From Candidatus Hadarchaeales archaeon (lineage in GTDB: Archaea; Hadarchaeota; Hadarchaeia; Hadarchaeales; Hadarchaeaceae): a stretch of DNA of 21,070 nucleotides. The stretch is taken from positions 1 to 21,070 of the forward strand of contig JAWCLG010000015.1 in the NCBI GenBank assembly GCA_038851075.1, given 5' to 3'. A program made the position numbers and the translations under genes. Below the pieces are notes generated by a model. The model ran no database searches, was not told the DNA's origin, and was given only the letters and a program-made list of their open reading frames with translations. Shown in pieces: positions 1 through 7,696 of this stretch (positions within the stretch are counted from its first letter, which is position 1; each line of letters opens with the position of its first letter).

Positions 1-1
1 C

Positions 2-175
<174 letters not shown>

Positions 176-222
176 GGGACTTACGGGAAGGATTATTAAT
201 CGCGGGGTTAATTTATCTATGT

Positions 223-756
223 ATGCCTAACCTGACGAGAATAACAATAGCGCTGGACGAAGAGACCGAGAAAATTGTGGAAAAGCTGTCCAAAGAGATG
301 GGAGTATCTTATAGCGCGTTGATCCGTGCAGCGCTGAAATTCTTCTCGCAGAACAAGGAGTCGGCCAAAGACTTTGAAAGCATGAAACTCTGGTCCAGTC
401 TACTCGCGAAAGGTGAACACATAATTTTGGACATCGATCACTGGCTCCTCTTTCTGAAATACATCGAATCATCTGACAAAAAAGAGTCGTTTTATGAAGA
501 GGGAAAGAAGATCGCCAAGTCACATGCTGAACAGCTGGCGGGGATCACGAACAAACCTGAGGATTACCTGAGGAGACTTGAGGCATGCAACTTCTATAAA
601 CTGAACAAGGACTCAGAAAATGAGTACACCTTGGTTCTGAACTCCAACCTGACCAAGAGGTTTGTAAAGGAACTCGTGCTTGAAACTTTAGCCGAGATGG
701 GTTTTGACGCTTCGGCCAAGGAAGACCTGGCGAAACTCAGACTGAGGATAAAGTGA
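223..756 (+). CDS. CopG/ribbon-helix-helix transcriptional regulator with an uncharacterised C-terminal domain
   Basis: N-terminus RITIALDEETEKIVEKLSKEMGVSYSALIRAALKFF is a typical RHH strand-helix-helix, followed by about 130 further residues. TTATTAA lies about 25 nt upstream. Confidence 0.8.
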   Translation: MPNLTRITIALDEETEKIVEKLSKEMGVSYSALIRAALKFFSQNKESAKDFESMKLWSSLLAKGEHIILDIDHWLLFLKYIESSDKKESFYEEGKKIAKSHAEQLAGITNKPEDYLRRLEACNFYKLNKDSENEYTLVLNSNLTKRFVKELVLETLAEMGFDASAKEDLAKLRLRIK

Positions 757-763
757 AATCCCT

Positions 764-2362
764 TCAGGCCTTAGACCCTGCAGCGGCCCTCAAGAACGCG
801 TTGAAAACAGGCGCCGGCCTCCCGGGTCTTGATTTGAACTCGGGATGGAATTGCGTGGCAAGGAAAAACGGGTGCTTTGTTATCTCCAGAATTTCCATCC
901 GCCTGCCGTCGAGCGATTTCCCGGAAAACCTCAGCCCGGCCTTCGTGAGCTTGGTTATATACCTCGGATTGACCTCATATCTGTGCCTGTGGCGCTCGTA
1001 GATGCGCTCGCACCCGTATATCTCCATGGCCCTCGAGCCCCTGGCCAAGCGTATCTCGTGCGCTCCGAGCCTCATCGTGCCTCCAAGCTCCTTCACCCTC
1101 TTCTGCTCGGGCAGGATGAAGATCACGGGATGGGGCGTTTTCGGGTCGAGCTCGGTGCTGTTTGCCTGCTTCAGTCCGATGCTTCTGGAGAACTCGACCA
1201 CCGCAAGCTGAAATCCGAAGCACAGCCCGAGGAACGGAACCGGGTGCTGTCTGGCATAGGATATCGCCGCTATCTTACCTTCGCTGCCCCGCTGACCGAA
1301 ACCCCCAGGGACCAGTATTCCATCGTATGCAGAGAGTCTCTCCACCTCTCCGGGGGATTCCTCAAACCTCTCGGCGTCTATCCAGCTGATCTCGACCTTA
1401 CAGCCGTTAGCGGCGGCGGCGTGTTTGAGAGCCTCGTTGATGCTCAGATATGTATCGGAGATGCGGATGTATTTGCCGACCATGGCTATCCTTATGAGTT
1501 TTCTGGCCTTCTCCATTTGCCCGACTACCTTTTCCCACCCTGACAGGTCATCTTTCCTGGCGGTGAGCCTGAGCCTCGCGAGCAGCAGTGAACCCAGTCC
1601 CTCCCGCTCCAGCAGGAGAGGCACCCTGTAGATGTTATCCACATCCGGGGCGCTGATCACGGCATTTTCCGGGACGTTGCAGAAAAGGGATATCTTTCGC
1701 CTCACACCTTCGCTCAAGGGATTCTTGGCCCTGCAGATCACCGCATCCGGCATTATGCCGAGTTCCAAGAGTTCCTTCACGCTGTGCTGCGTTGGCTTGG
1801 TTTTCTGCTCTCCGACCACATCGAGCACAGGCACCAGCGTGACGTGGACAAAAACCACGTTCTCCGGCCCCTCCTCAAGCCTCAGCTGCCTCACGGCCTC
1901 CAGGAAGGGCATGCTCTCTATGTCCCCGACCGTCCCTCCTATCTCAACGAGACAGACCTCTGCCCCGCTCCTCTGCGCAACCTCACGGATGCGGTCCTTG
2001 ATGAGGTCGGTTATGTGGGGGATTATCTGCACCGTTTTGCCCAGGTAGTCCCCCCTCCTCTCCCTTTTTATCACCTCGCCGTATATCTGCCCGGTCGTGA
2101 TGTTGTGATCCTTTGTCAGGTTTATGTCGAGGAAGCGCTCGTAGTGCCCCATGTCAAGGTCTATTTCGCCGCCGTCATCTGTGACAAAAATTTCCCCGTG
2201 CTCGAAAGGATTCATTGTGCCGGCATCGACGTTCAGATAAGGGTCGATTTTGATTGCTGTGACCTTAAAACCACGTGACTGAAGAAGTTTTCCGATCGAG
2301 GCGGTGGTTATCCCCTTTCCCAACCCACTCATCACCCCGCCCGTCACGATGAGGTACTTCAT
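764..2362 (-). CDS. pyrG: CTP synthase (glutamine-hydrolysing)
   Basis: [22 protein letters not shown] start, [24 protein letters not shown], GATase GLCFG and HPEF. The true start is placed at the ATG at 2362, not the ORF-track start at 2533. Confidence 0.97.
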   Translation of the reverse strand: MKYLIVTGGVMSGLGKGITTASIGKLLQSRGFKVTAIKIDPYLNVDAGTMNPFEHGEIFVTDDGGEIDLDMGHYERFLDINLTKDHNITTGQIYGEVIKRERRGDYLGKTVQIIPHITDLIKDRIREVAQRSGAEVCLVEIGGTVGDIESMPFLEAVRQLRLEEGPENVVFVHVTLVPVLDVVGEQKTKPTQHSVKELLELGIMPDAVICRAKNPLSEGVRRKISLFCNVPENAVISAPDVDNIYRVPLLLEREGLGSLLLARLRLTARKDDLSGWEKVVGQMEKARKLIRIAMVGKYIRISDTYLSINEALKHAAAANGCKVEISWIDAERFEESPGEVERLSAYDGILVPGGFGQRGSEGKIAAISYARQHPVPFLGLCFGFQLAVVEFSRSIGLKQANSTELDPKTPHPVIFILPEQKRVKELGGTMRLGAHEIRLARGSRAMEIYGCERIYERHRHRYEVNPRYITKLTKAGLRFSGKSLDGRRMEILEITKHPFFLATQFHPEFKSRPGRPAPVFNAFLRAAAGSKA

Positions 2363-2385
2363 GGTAATCACGGCGCGCCTACAAG

Positions 2386-2402
2386 TCTTAAATTTTTCTC
2401 CC
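2386..2402 (-). promoter_or_regulatory. Putative BRE/TATA promoter of pyrG
   Basis: Minus strand reads GGGAGAAAAATTTAAGA about 25 nt upstream of the pyrG ATG, consistent with a leaderless or short-leader transcript. Confidence 0.5.
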
Positions 2403-2551
2403 ACTTTATAAGGACTTAATTCTGCGCCGCCCCGTGTCAGGGAGAGGACCTTAAACCTTTGGTCGCGGAAGTCGCACCGGCAATGGTTCAACAAGTTCTG
2501 ACTACTATTGCTCAGGTAACGCAACCATGACAAGCAAGGTTTTCTATATTG

Positions 2552-3634
2552 CTAAAGGCTGCACAAGCTCCACATCCAGGCCTGTCCTCTCTTTCCCGCA
2601 CGTTTTACCAATCCTTGCTTCTCCAGGATGGGAATGTGGTGGGCTTGGATAGTCGTGCGGGCCTTGCCAAGCGCTGTAGCCAGCTCGTCGTACGTCTTGG
2701 GGCCGGAGGCAAGCTGTTCCAAGATCATCCTTCGCGCCTCCTCGCCGTCAAGGACATTCGTCCTCCTGTAGGCCGAAAATCCCCGTTCGAACTTCTCGCG
2801 CTTCTCAGGATGGAGGGCGTGGATGCTAAGTTCGCGAATTCGTCTAAAATTAGTCAAACCATATATCTGCAAATTCATCCCTCTGATTGAATAGCTGTTC
2901 GCCCTAACTCCAACCAAGTGGAGGGATTGTCTGAGAAAATGGATAAGCTCGTCATCCTTCGAAGAAAAAGTTATGTGGTGCAGAACGCCCGAATTTTTCA
3001 GCATAACGGAGCCCTCAGCCGCGAAAACGCCGCGCAAGAAAGCAACGCTGAATTCCTGATTTTGTAAAATGACATTCTTGGACCTCTGATAAAGGTCGCC
3101 CATAAGTTTTGACAGAATAACGGAATTAAAGTAAGCCTGGGCATATTCTTTCCTGATTCTGGGATCCACGCAGATCTCCGTGAAATTTTGGTGGGGGATT
3201 GACAGCTCATTCGCCCATTTCTTCCTAGCCTCGTTAAGAGAAGATGATGTCGGTACATTAAGGGTAATTTTGAATTTCTCTCTGTTCAATCCAAACCTGT
3301 ATTCAACAAAATTTAAGAAATGCCGGAGCAACGCTGGTTCCGAATTGCCAAAGTATAGGCCCTTACTTTTGCCACCCTCCCCCCGCCAAAGGCCAAGCCC
3401 AACGAAAAACAGGTCATCCAACTCGACAAAACGCTTAAGCCCGATTTCCTTTGAACGATGACCGCAGTGCTCTCCCGAAGGCAAAGTGTAAATCCAGATT
3501 TTATCATTTTCAACCCTTGTAACGATCTCCCTACCCCTGAACTTTTGAGCTCTGATTATCTCCTCCAAATCTACGGATGTATTTCCTTCCACGCTCCCGG
3601 CGTCGCTTTGGTTGGAGGTCCTTTTAATAGACAA
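2552..3634 (-). CDS. Free-standing double-motif LAGLIDADG endonuclease-like protein with C-terminal winged HTH
   Basis: Two LAGLIDADG helices (GLGLWRGEG and FLRGVFAAEG), each followed by typical beta-strands (LYFGNSE; ITFSSKD). C-terminal ILEQLASGPKTYDELATALGKARTTIQAHHIPILEKQGLV is an ArsR-like wHTH. TTG start is uncertain. Confidence 0.85.
   Translation of the reverse strand: MSIKRTSNQSDAGSVEGNTSVDLEEIIRAQKFRGREIVTRVENDKIWIYTLPSGEHCGHRSKEIGLKRFVELDDLFFVGLGLWRGEGGKSKGLYFGNSEPALLRHFLNFVEYRFGLNREKFKITLNVPTSSSLNEARKKWANELSIPHQNFTEICVDPRIRKEYAQAYFNSVILSKLMGDLYQRSKNVILQNQEFSVAFLRGVFAAEGSVMLKNSGVLHHITFSSKDDELIHFLRQSLHLVGVRANSYSIRGMNLQIYGLTNFRRIRELSIHALHPEKREKFERGFSAYRRTNVLDGEEARRMILEQLASGPKTYDELATALGKARTTIQAHHIPILEKQGLVKRAGKRGQAWMWSLCSL
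2565..2583. repeat. Imperfect direct repeat, copy 2 (16/19 identical to 3642-3660)
   Basis: aagctccacatccaggcct versus aagctctacatcgagccct; both read GLDVEL on the minus strand. Confidence 0.5.
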
Positions 3635-3638
3635 ATTT

Positions 3639-4568
3639 TCAAAGCTCTACATCGAGCCCTAACTTTTCACAGAGCTCCTTGTAGCGATTCCTTACGGTGA
3701 CCTCTGTGACCCTAGCGACATCAGCGACATCCCTCTGAGTCCTGCGCTCACCGCAGAGCACGCTCGCTATGTAGATCGCGGCCGCAGCAACCCCCGTCGG
3801 ACCGCGCCCTGAAGTCAGCCCCTTCTTCATGGCTTCCTTCAGGAGCTCCACGGCCTTGGACTGTACCTCGCCGCTGAGCCCCAGCTCTGAGCCGAACCTA
3901 GGTATATAATCAACTGGACTGGTCGGCCTCAGATGTATCAGGAGTTCCCTGGCTATGAACCTGTAGCTGCGGCCTATTTCCTTCTTGCTGACTCTGGAGA
4001 CGTCTGCTATCTCGTCCAGTGTTCTTGGAACCTTGCACTCCCTGCACGCGGCGTACAGCGCCGCAGCCGCCACGCCCTCTATAGACCTGCCGCGTATCAG
4101 GCGCTCCTCAACGGCCTTCCTGTATATCAGCGCGGCCGCCTCCCTCACGTTCCTGGGGAGCGCGAGGTGCGAGGACATCCTGTCTATCTCTGAGAGCGCG
4201 AAGGCAAGGTTTCGCTCGGTTGCGTCAGAGACCCTGATCCTGCGCTGCCATTTCCTCAGCCGGTAGATCTGCGCCCTCTTTTTGGGTGTCAGATCCTTTC
4301 CGTGGGAGTCTCGGTCACGCCAGTCTATCATCGTCGAGAGGCCTTTGTCATGAATGGTCAGCGTCATCGGAGCGCCGACCCTTCCCCTCCTATCGCGCTG
4401 CTCCTGATCGAACGCCCTCCACTCAGGCCCCATGTCCATTATCCTGTCGTGTATGACATAGCCGCACCCGGCGCATACCAGCTCGGCCTTCTCATAATTC
4501 CTGACGAGCTTGTTGCTTCCGCACTCTGGGCACGCCTTCTGCTTTACCGGCTTTTCCTCGTTTTCCGT
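3639..4568 (-). CDS. tfb: Transcription initiation factor IIB (TFB)
   Basis: B-reader [20 protein letters not shown], two cyclin repeats ([19 protein letters not shown]) and [12 protein letters not shown]. The frame stays open upstream of 4439 through the zinc ribbon CPECGS...LVCAGCG. The start is placed at ACG (4568) behind an SD-like GGGGGAGAT (inferred). Confidence 0.95.
   Translation of the reverse strand, partial: TENEEKPVKQKACPECGSNKLVRNYEKAELVCAGCGYVIHDRIMDMGPEWRAFDQEQRDRRGRVGAPMTLTIHDKGLSTMIDWRDRDSHGKDLTPKKRAQIYRLRKWQRRIRVSDATERNLAFALSEIDRMSSHLALPRNVREAAALIYRKAVEERLIRGRSIEGVAAAALYAACRECKVPRTLDEIADVSRVSKKEIGRSYRFIARELLIHLRPTSPVDYIPRFGSELGLSGEVQSKAVELLKEAMKKGLTSGRGPTGVAAAAIYIASVLCGERRTQRDVADVARVTEVTVRNRYKELCEKLGLDVEL
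3642..3660. repeat. Imperfect direct repeat, copy 1 (last codons of tfb)
   Basis: Encodes the tfb C-terminus GLDVEL; near-copy at 2565-2583. Confidence 0.5.
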
Positions 4569-4804
4569 TCTATCTCCCCCATGAATATTTCGGACCCTAC
4601 GAGCCGCTCCGCGTCACGGGGGGTCAGCCCTGACGCGAGTTTTATCACGATATACGGAGATCCGACAGGCCCGAATATCTCGGATACGTTGCCGATCCTT
4701 TTCTTTTTGCCATCGAAGACCTCCTGGCCGAGCTTGGTGTTCCCGGACGCCCTCGCCACGATACCCCTTCGTGTGGCACGGAGGATCTTTCCTGTCACGG
4801 CCAC
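4544..4804 (-). CDS. gar1: H/ACA RNP component Gar1/Naf1 family
   Basis: [30 protein letters not shown] matches archaeal Gar1, and gar1 upstream of tfb is a familiar archaeal arrangement. GTG at 4804 follows GGAGGT. Confidence 0.88.
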   Translation of the reverse strand: MAVTGKILRATRRGIVARASGNTKLGQEVFDGKKKRIGNVSEIFGPVGSPYIVIKLASGLTPRDAERLVGSEIFMGEIERKTRKSR

Positions 4805-4844
4805 CTGCTTACCTCCGAAAAATTTATAAGTCATCTTTAAGCCC

Positions 4845-4858
4845 CTATATAAATCTTG
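4845..4858 (-). promoter_or_regulatory. Putative BRE/TATA promoter of gar1-tfb
   Basis: Minus strand CAAGATTTATATAG about 40 nt upstream of the gar1 GTG. Confidence 0.55.
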
Positions 4859-4952
4859 CGCATGTATTTAAAAGGAGCAGTTTTCGCGCGCCGGCCTCCG
4901 GAACCACCGGCGCTTTTTTAACGGCTTTTGTTTAATGATTGGTGATGGTTGA

Positions 4953-5231
4953 ATGAGCAGAAGAACCCTGAAGAAGATCGTGCTGGACGTGTTAAAGCCG
5001 CACGCTCCAACCCTCCCTGAGTTCGCGGAGATGCTGACCTCGGTGCATGGTGTTGCCAGCGTTAACATCACGCTGATAGAGATAGACCAGGACACCGAGA
5101 CGATAAAGGTCGCGATTGAAGGGGACCTGAACTATGAAAAGATAAAATCGGCGATAGAGGAGAGGGGCGGTGTGGTCCACAGCATCGATGAGGTTTCAGC
5201 AGAGGCCCAGCACCCATCATTGAAAGTCTGA
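4953..5231 (+). CDS. DUF211 domain protein
   Basis: KKIVLDVLKPHAP...EIDQDTETIKVAIEG...GGVVHSIDEV pattern of archaeal DUF211; GGTGA SD upstream. Confidence 0.85.
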   Translation: MSRRTLKKIVLDVLKPHAPTLPEFAEMLTSVHGVASVNITLIEIDQDTETIKVAIEGDLNYEKIKSAIEERGGVVHSIDEVSAEAQHPSLKV

Positions 5232-6026
5232 TCGTTTTTTCCTGAAGCATGACGAGTACTTGCACTCTCCGCATCCGGCAGATATCCTGACAGGTTTCTC
5301 TCCCTTTAACCCGCTTATGAGCATCTTCAGTGCACGCAACTGTTTTTCGGTTCCTGAAGCCGCGAGCGTAACGCTCCCCTCTGCCCCGGAAACTCCTCCT
5401 CTCCCGATGGCCCATGCGTCTGCCCCAGTGAGGATCTTTATTGCCTCGATCTCAGTTATCACCTTTCCACCCATCATAGCGATTCTGACAGGCAGGCCTG
5501 TTGCGTAGCGGCACTCCTCCATCCTGGTGGCATTCATCACGGATGCGAGCGAATCGGGAATGAACTTTTCCAGCCCGACCGGAATGATTAGTTTTGCTTT
5601 TCCGCGCCCGACCACTTTCTTCAACTTCCCGACCGTTCCCCAGTCCTCGGAACCGACCATCACCCCTGCGTTCCAGTCTGAGTCCAGGGCGTTGGCTCCT
5701 TTTATCACCACGTCCCTCGAGCGGAGTTTCCCTGAGACATCGTCAAGCGTGAGGCCAGTGCGCCTGCCCCTCCTGACCACGATTTCGCGCAGGCGTTTTT
5801 CCCTTCGGAGTGCGCAGGTTCCCTTGGGGAGCACGACTCCTGCGGCGAATCTTCTCCTGTCGATCTTCAACCCGATTTCCTCAGCCACGTATCCGTTCGT
5901 GGTACCAACACAGATTACGATGGTTCCCTCTTCCAGCGCCCTCCTCACCTCAGGCAGCCGTGACACACCTCTGGCGATGAGTCGCTTTGACTCTGCCGGA
6001 GTCAGTGTTATCTGCACCTGTGGCAT
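5217..6026 (-). CDS. Conserved hypothetical protein, probably NagB/RpiA/CoA-transferase-like fold, with C-terminal Cys cluster
   Basis: LTPAESKRLIA, GTTNGYVAEE, IKGANALD, IIPVGLEK, GGVSGAEG motifs; ends CGECKYSSC. The ATG at 6026 is preferred over the TTG at 6050. Confidence 0.7.
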   Translation of the reverse strand: MPQVQITLTPAESKRLIARGVSRLPEVRRALEEGTIVICVGTTNGYVAEEIGLKIDRRRFAAGVVLPKGTCALRREKRLREIVVRRGRRTGLTLDDVSGKLRSRDVVIKGANALDSDWNAGVMVGSEDWGTVGKLKKVVGRGKAKLIIPVGLEKFIPDSLASVMNATRMEECRYATGLPVRIAMMGGKVITEIEAIKILTGADAWAIGRGGVSGAEGSVTLAASGTEKQLRALKMLISGLKGEKPVRISAGCGECKYSSCFRKKRSDFQ

Positions 6027-6096
6027 GCGACCCACCAGTAACAGGTTCAAGAGAATATTTATTTTTTACAGCGGTTGTCCGGAACCCTCGCACGGC

Positions 6097-6489
6097 TCAG
6101 CCCGACTTTTGCTCGATGAGAACAGCGTTTATCGTGCCGTGTTGCCCGGGCCTGCTCGTTATTCTTGCCCTGCCGATCTCGGTGTCGATCACCGCTCCCT
6201 TGGTCAGGATGTTCCTCCTCACGAAGTGCGAGTCCGCAGGATTTTCCACAACTGTTATTATTTTCGTCTTCTGCGACCTTCCGGTACTGGGATTTATCAC
6301 GTTCACAGTTTCGCCCGCGAGGACCTTTATCTTCTCACCGCCTCCGCGGGTTCTTTCCCTCACGTATTTCTTGGGCCCTATCCCCGGCTCCCTAAAGTCG
6401 CTGCCCATCTCCCTTCTGCGCTTTCCGCGTCTGGGCCATACCCTTCCGCCCGTCGGTTTCTTGAGAGATCTTCCCTGCCATCTTCCCAT
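6097..6489 (-). CDS. rps8e: 30S ribosomal protein S8e
   Basis: WQGRSLKKPTGGR...RTRGG...VVENPADSHFVRRNILTKGAVIDTEIGRARITSRPGQHGTINAVL; GGTGA SD. Confidence 0.97.
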   Translation of the reverse strand: MGRWQGRSLKKPTGGRVWPRRGKRRREMGSDFREPGIGPKKYVRERTRGGGEKIKVLAGETVNVINPSTGRSQKTKIITVVENPADSHFVRRNILTKGAVIDTEIGRARITSRPGQHGTINAVLIEQKSG

Positions 6490-6530
6490 GTTTCACCGTC
6501 AAAATAATTCCACGAGGTGGTATAAATGGG

Positions 6531-7040
6531 CTATCTTATGAGCTCCTCTATTTTCTCCCTTATTCTGTCCATGTCGTCCTCCATGCCGAAATAACTTGCG
6601 AACTTTCTCGAGGTTCTGAGCATTCTCGTGCGCCCGAAAGGTCTTGACTCTATAAAGCCCAGCGCCTGCAGCTGTTTTATATGCTCGTAGACCCTGTTTC
6701 CCCTGAGCTCCGCCAGCTTTGATTGCGTGAGGTTCTGCCTGTAGGCTATCATGGCGAGGGTCTTTAATGCCCCCCTCGATATGCGGGACTTTGGCACGAT
6801 ATCTCCAAGCTTTTCGATGTACTCCTCTCTGAGCTGCAGCCTGTAGGAATCCCTGCCGCACTCCACGATCGAAACCGATCCGCCCCTTCTCTGGTACTCC
6901 GCCCTGAGCTCATCGAGCAGCTTCCTGACGTATGTTTCAGAGGAAGTCTTCACGACATCCATGAGCTCCTTCACGGTCAGCGGATGATCTGCCACGTAGA
7001 GCGCGCCCTCGATCATGGCAATGTCATTCTTCTTTCCCAT
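6531..7040 (-). CDS. scpB: Segregation and condensation protein B (kite subunit)
   Basis: IEGALYV..PL, LKTLAMIAYRQ..TQSKLAELRG, HIKQL...GFI, TSRKFASYFG; directly downstream of scpA. Confidence 0.93.
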   Translation of the reverse strand: MGKKNDIAMIEGALYVADHPLTVKELMDVVKTSSETYVRKLLDELRAEYQRRGGSVSIVECGRDSYRLQLREEYIEKLGDIVPKSRISRGALKTLAMIAYRQNLTQSKLAELRGNRVYEHIKQLQALGFIESRPFGRTRMLRTSRKFASYFGMEDDMDRIREKIEELIR

Positions 7041-7683
7041 TGTTCCCCTCCGTCAGAGAAACTGTGATATCTCCGAATGGCTCCTGCTGCTCGAGCATTA
7101 TCCTCCCCTGCGCGCACAGGAAAAGCAGGAGATAGAGGGTTCTGACCACCGCCCTCTTCGTGCGTTCACCGGCGAGGGACATCAGCGTCGGGACCCCGCC
7201 AGAGGATATGACGTTGATTATCCTTTCATACATCTTCTCTATATGCTCCTCTATCCTGACCTCGTATTCGTCAAGCATCTTCAGTATTCTCTCCATTCCC
7301 CGGCTCCTGACCGTCTTTTTCTCGGGTATCTCCGAGAGCGCCTCATGAAGGGCCCCCAGAAGGTCCGAAAGGGTTATCTTTCGGGGGACGTTCTGGATGA
7401 CCGTGACCTCGCCTATGTCCGGAAAGTCCACGTTTACCAGCTCCATCAGGTCATCTTCGGCCGTCTCCTGCGTTCCGTTGCCGTTGCCAGAAAAGCTGGA
7501 CTTTATTCTCAGGAGTATCGATGCGGAGAGCAGGGCCCTACCCGATGCCCTCAGATCCGGCTCCGGCGCCTCCGTGACCAGCCTCAAGTACAGCGATGTC
7601 AGCTTCTGGAGATCCACGTCCCAAGGGTCTAGCTTGTGCTGTCTCACCAGATCGAGAAGCGTCTGAACCGGCTGCTCTATCAT
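7024..7683 (-). CDS. scpA: Segregation and condensation protein A (kleisin)
   Basis: N-terminal LDPWDVDL...SGRALLSASILLRIKS and C-terminal LLLFLCAQGRIMLEQQEPFGDI. ATG at 7683 follows GGTGA (alternative GTG at 7695). Confidence 0.93.
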   Translation of the reverse strand: MIEQPVQTLLDLVRQHKLDPWDVDLQKLTSLYLRLVTEAPEPDLRASGRALLSASILLRIKSSFSGNGNGTQETAEDDLMELVNVDFPDIGEVTVIQNVPRKITLSDLLGALHEALSEIPEKKTVRSRGMERILKMLDEYEVRIEEHIEKMYERIINVISSGGVPTLMSLAGERTKRAVVRTLYLLLFLCAQGRIMLEQQEPFGDITVSLTEGNNGKEE

Positions 7684-7696
7684 CGCGCTCACCACA

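Noticed and set aside
176-222. NrpR operator upstream of the RHH gene
   Set aside because: GGAA is present but the TTCC half-site of GGAA-N6-TTCC is not.
2363-2533. 57-aa N-terminal extension of PyrG in the ORF track
   Set aside because: CTP synthases begin at MKY(I/L).VTGGV; the extension runs through the promoter-like AT tract and looks non-coding.
2478-2535. Fluoride riboswitch (starts GGCAATGGT)
   Set aside because: The rest of the consensus is missing and no crcB-type gene follows on that strand.
2552-3634. LAGLIDADG ORF as an intein of TFB or PyrG
   Set aside because: tfb ends with its normal C-terminus and a TGA; the ORF has no Hint blocks or terminal His-Asn and has its own stop.
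5527-6507. 326-aa plus-strand ORF and other long antisense ORFs (845-1543, 7015-7632, 15556-16254, 16661-17470, 18950-19792)
   Set aside because: They are shadows of well-supported genes on the opposite strand or frame in GC-rich DNA, with no recognisable motifs.
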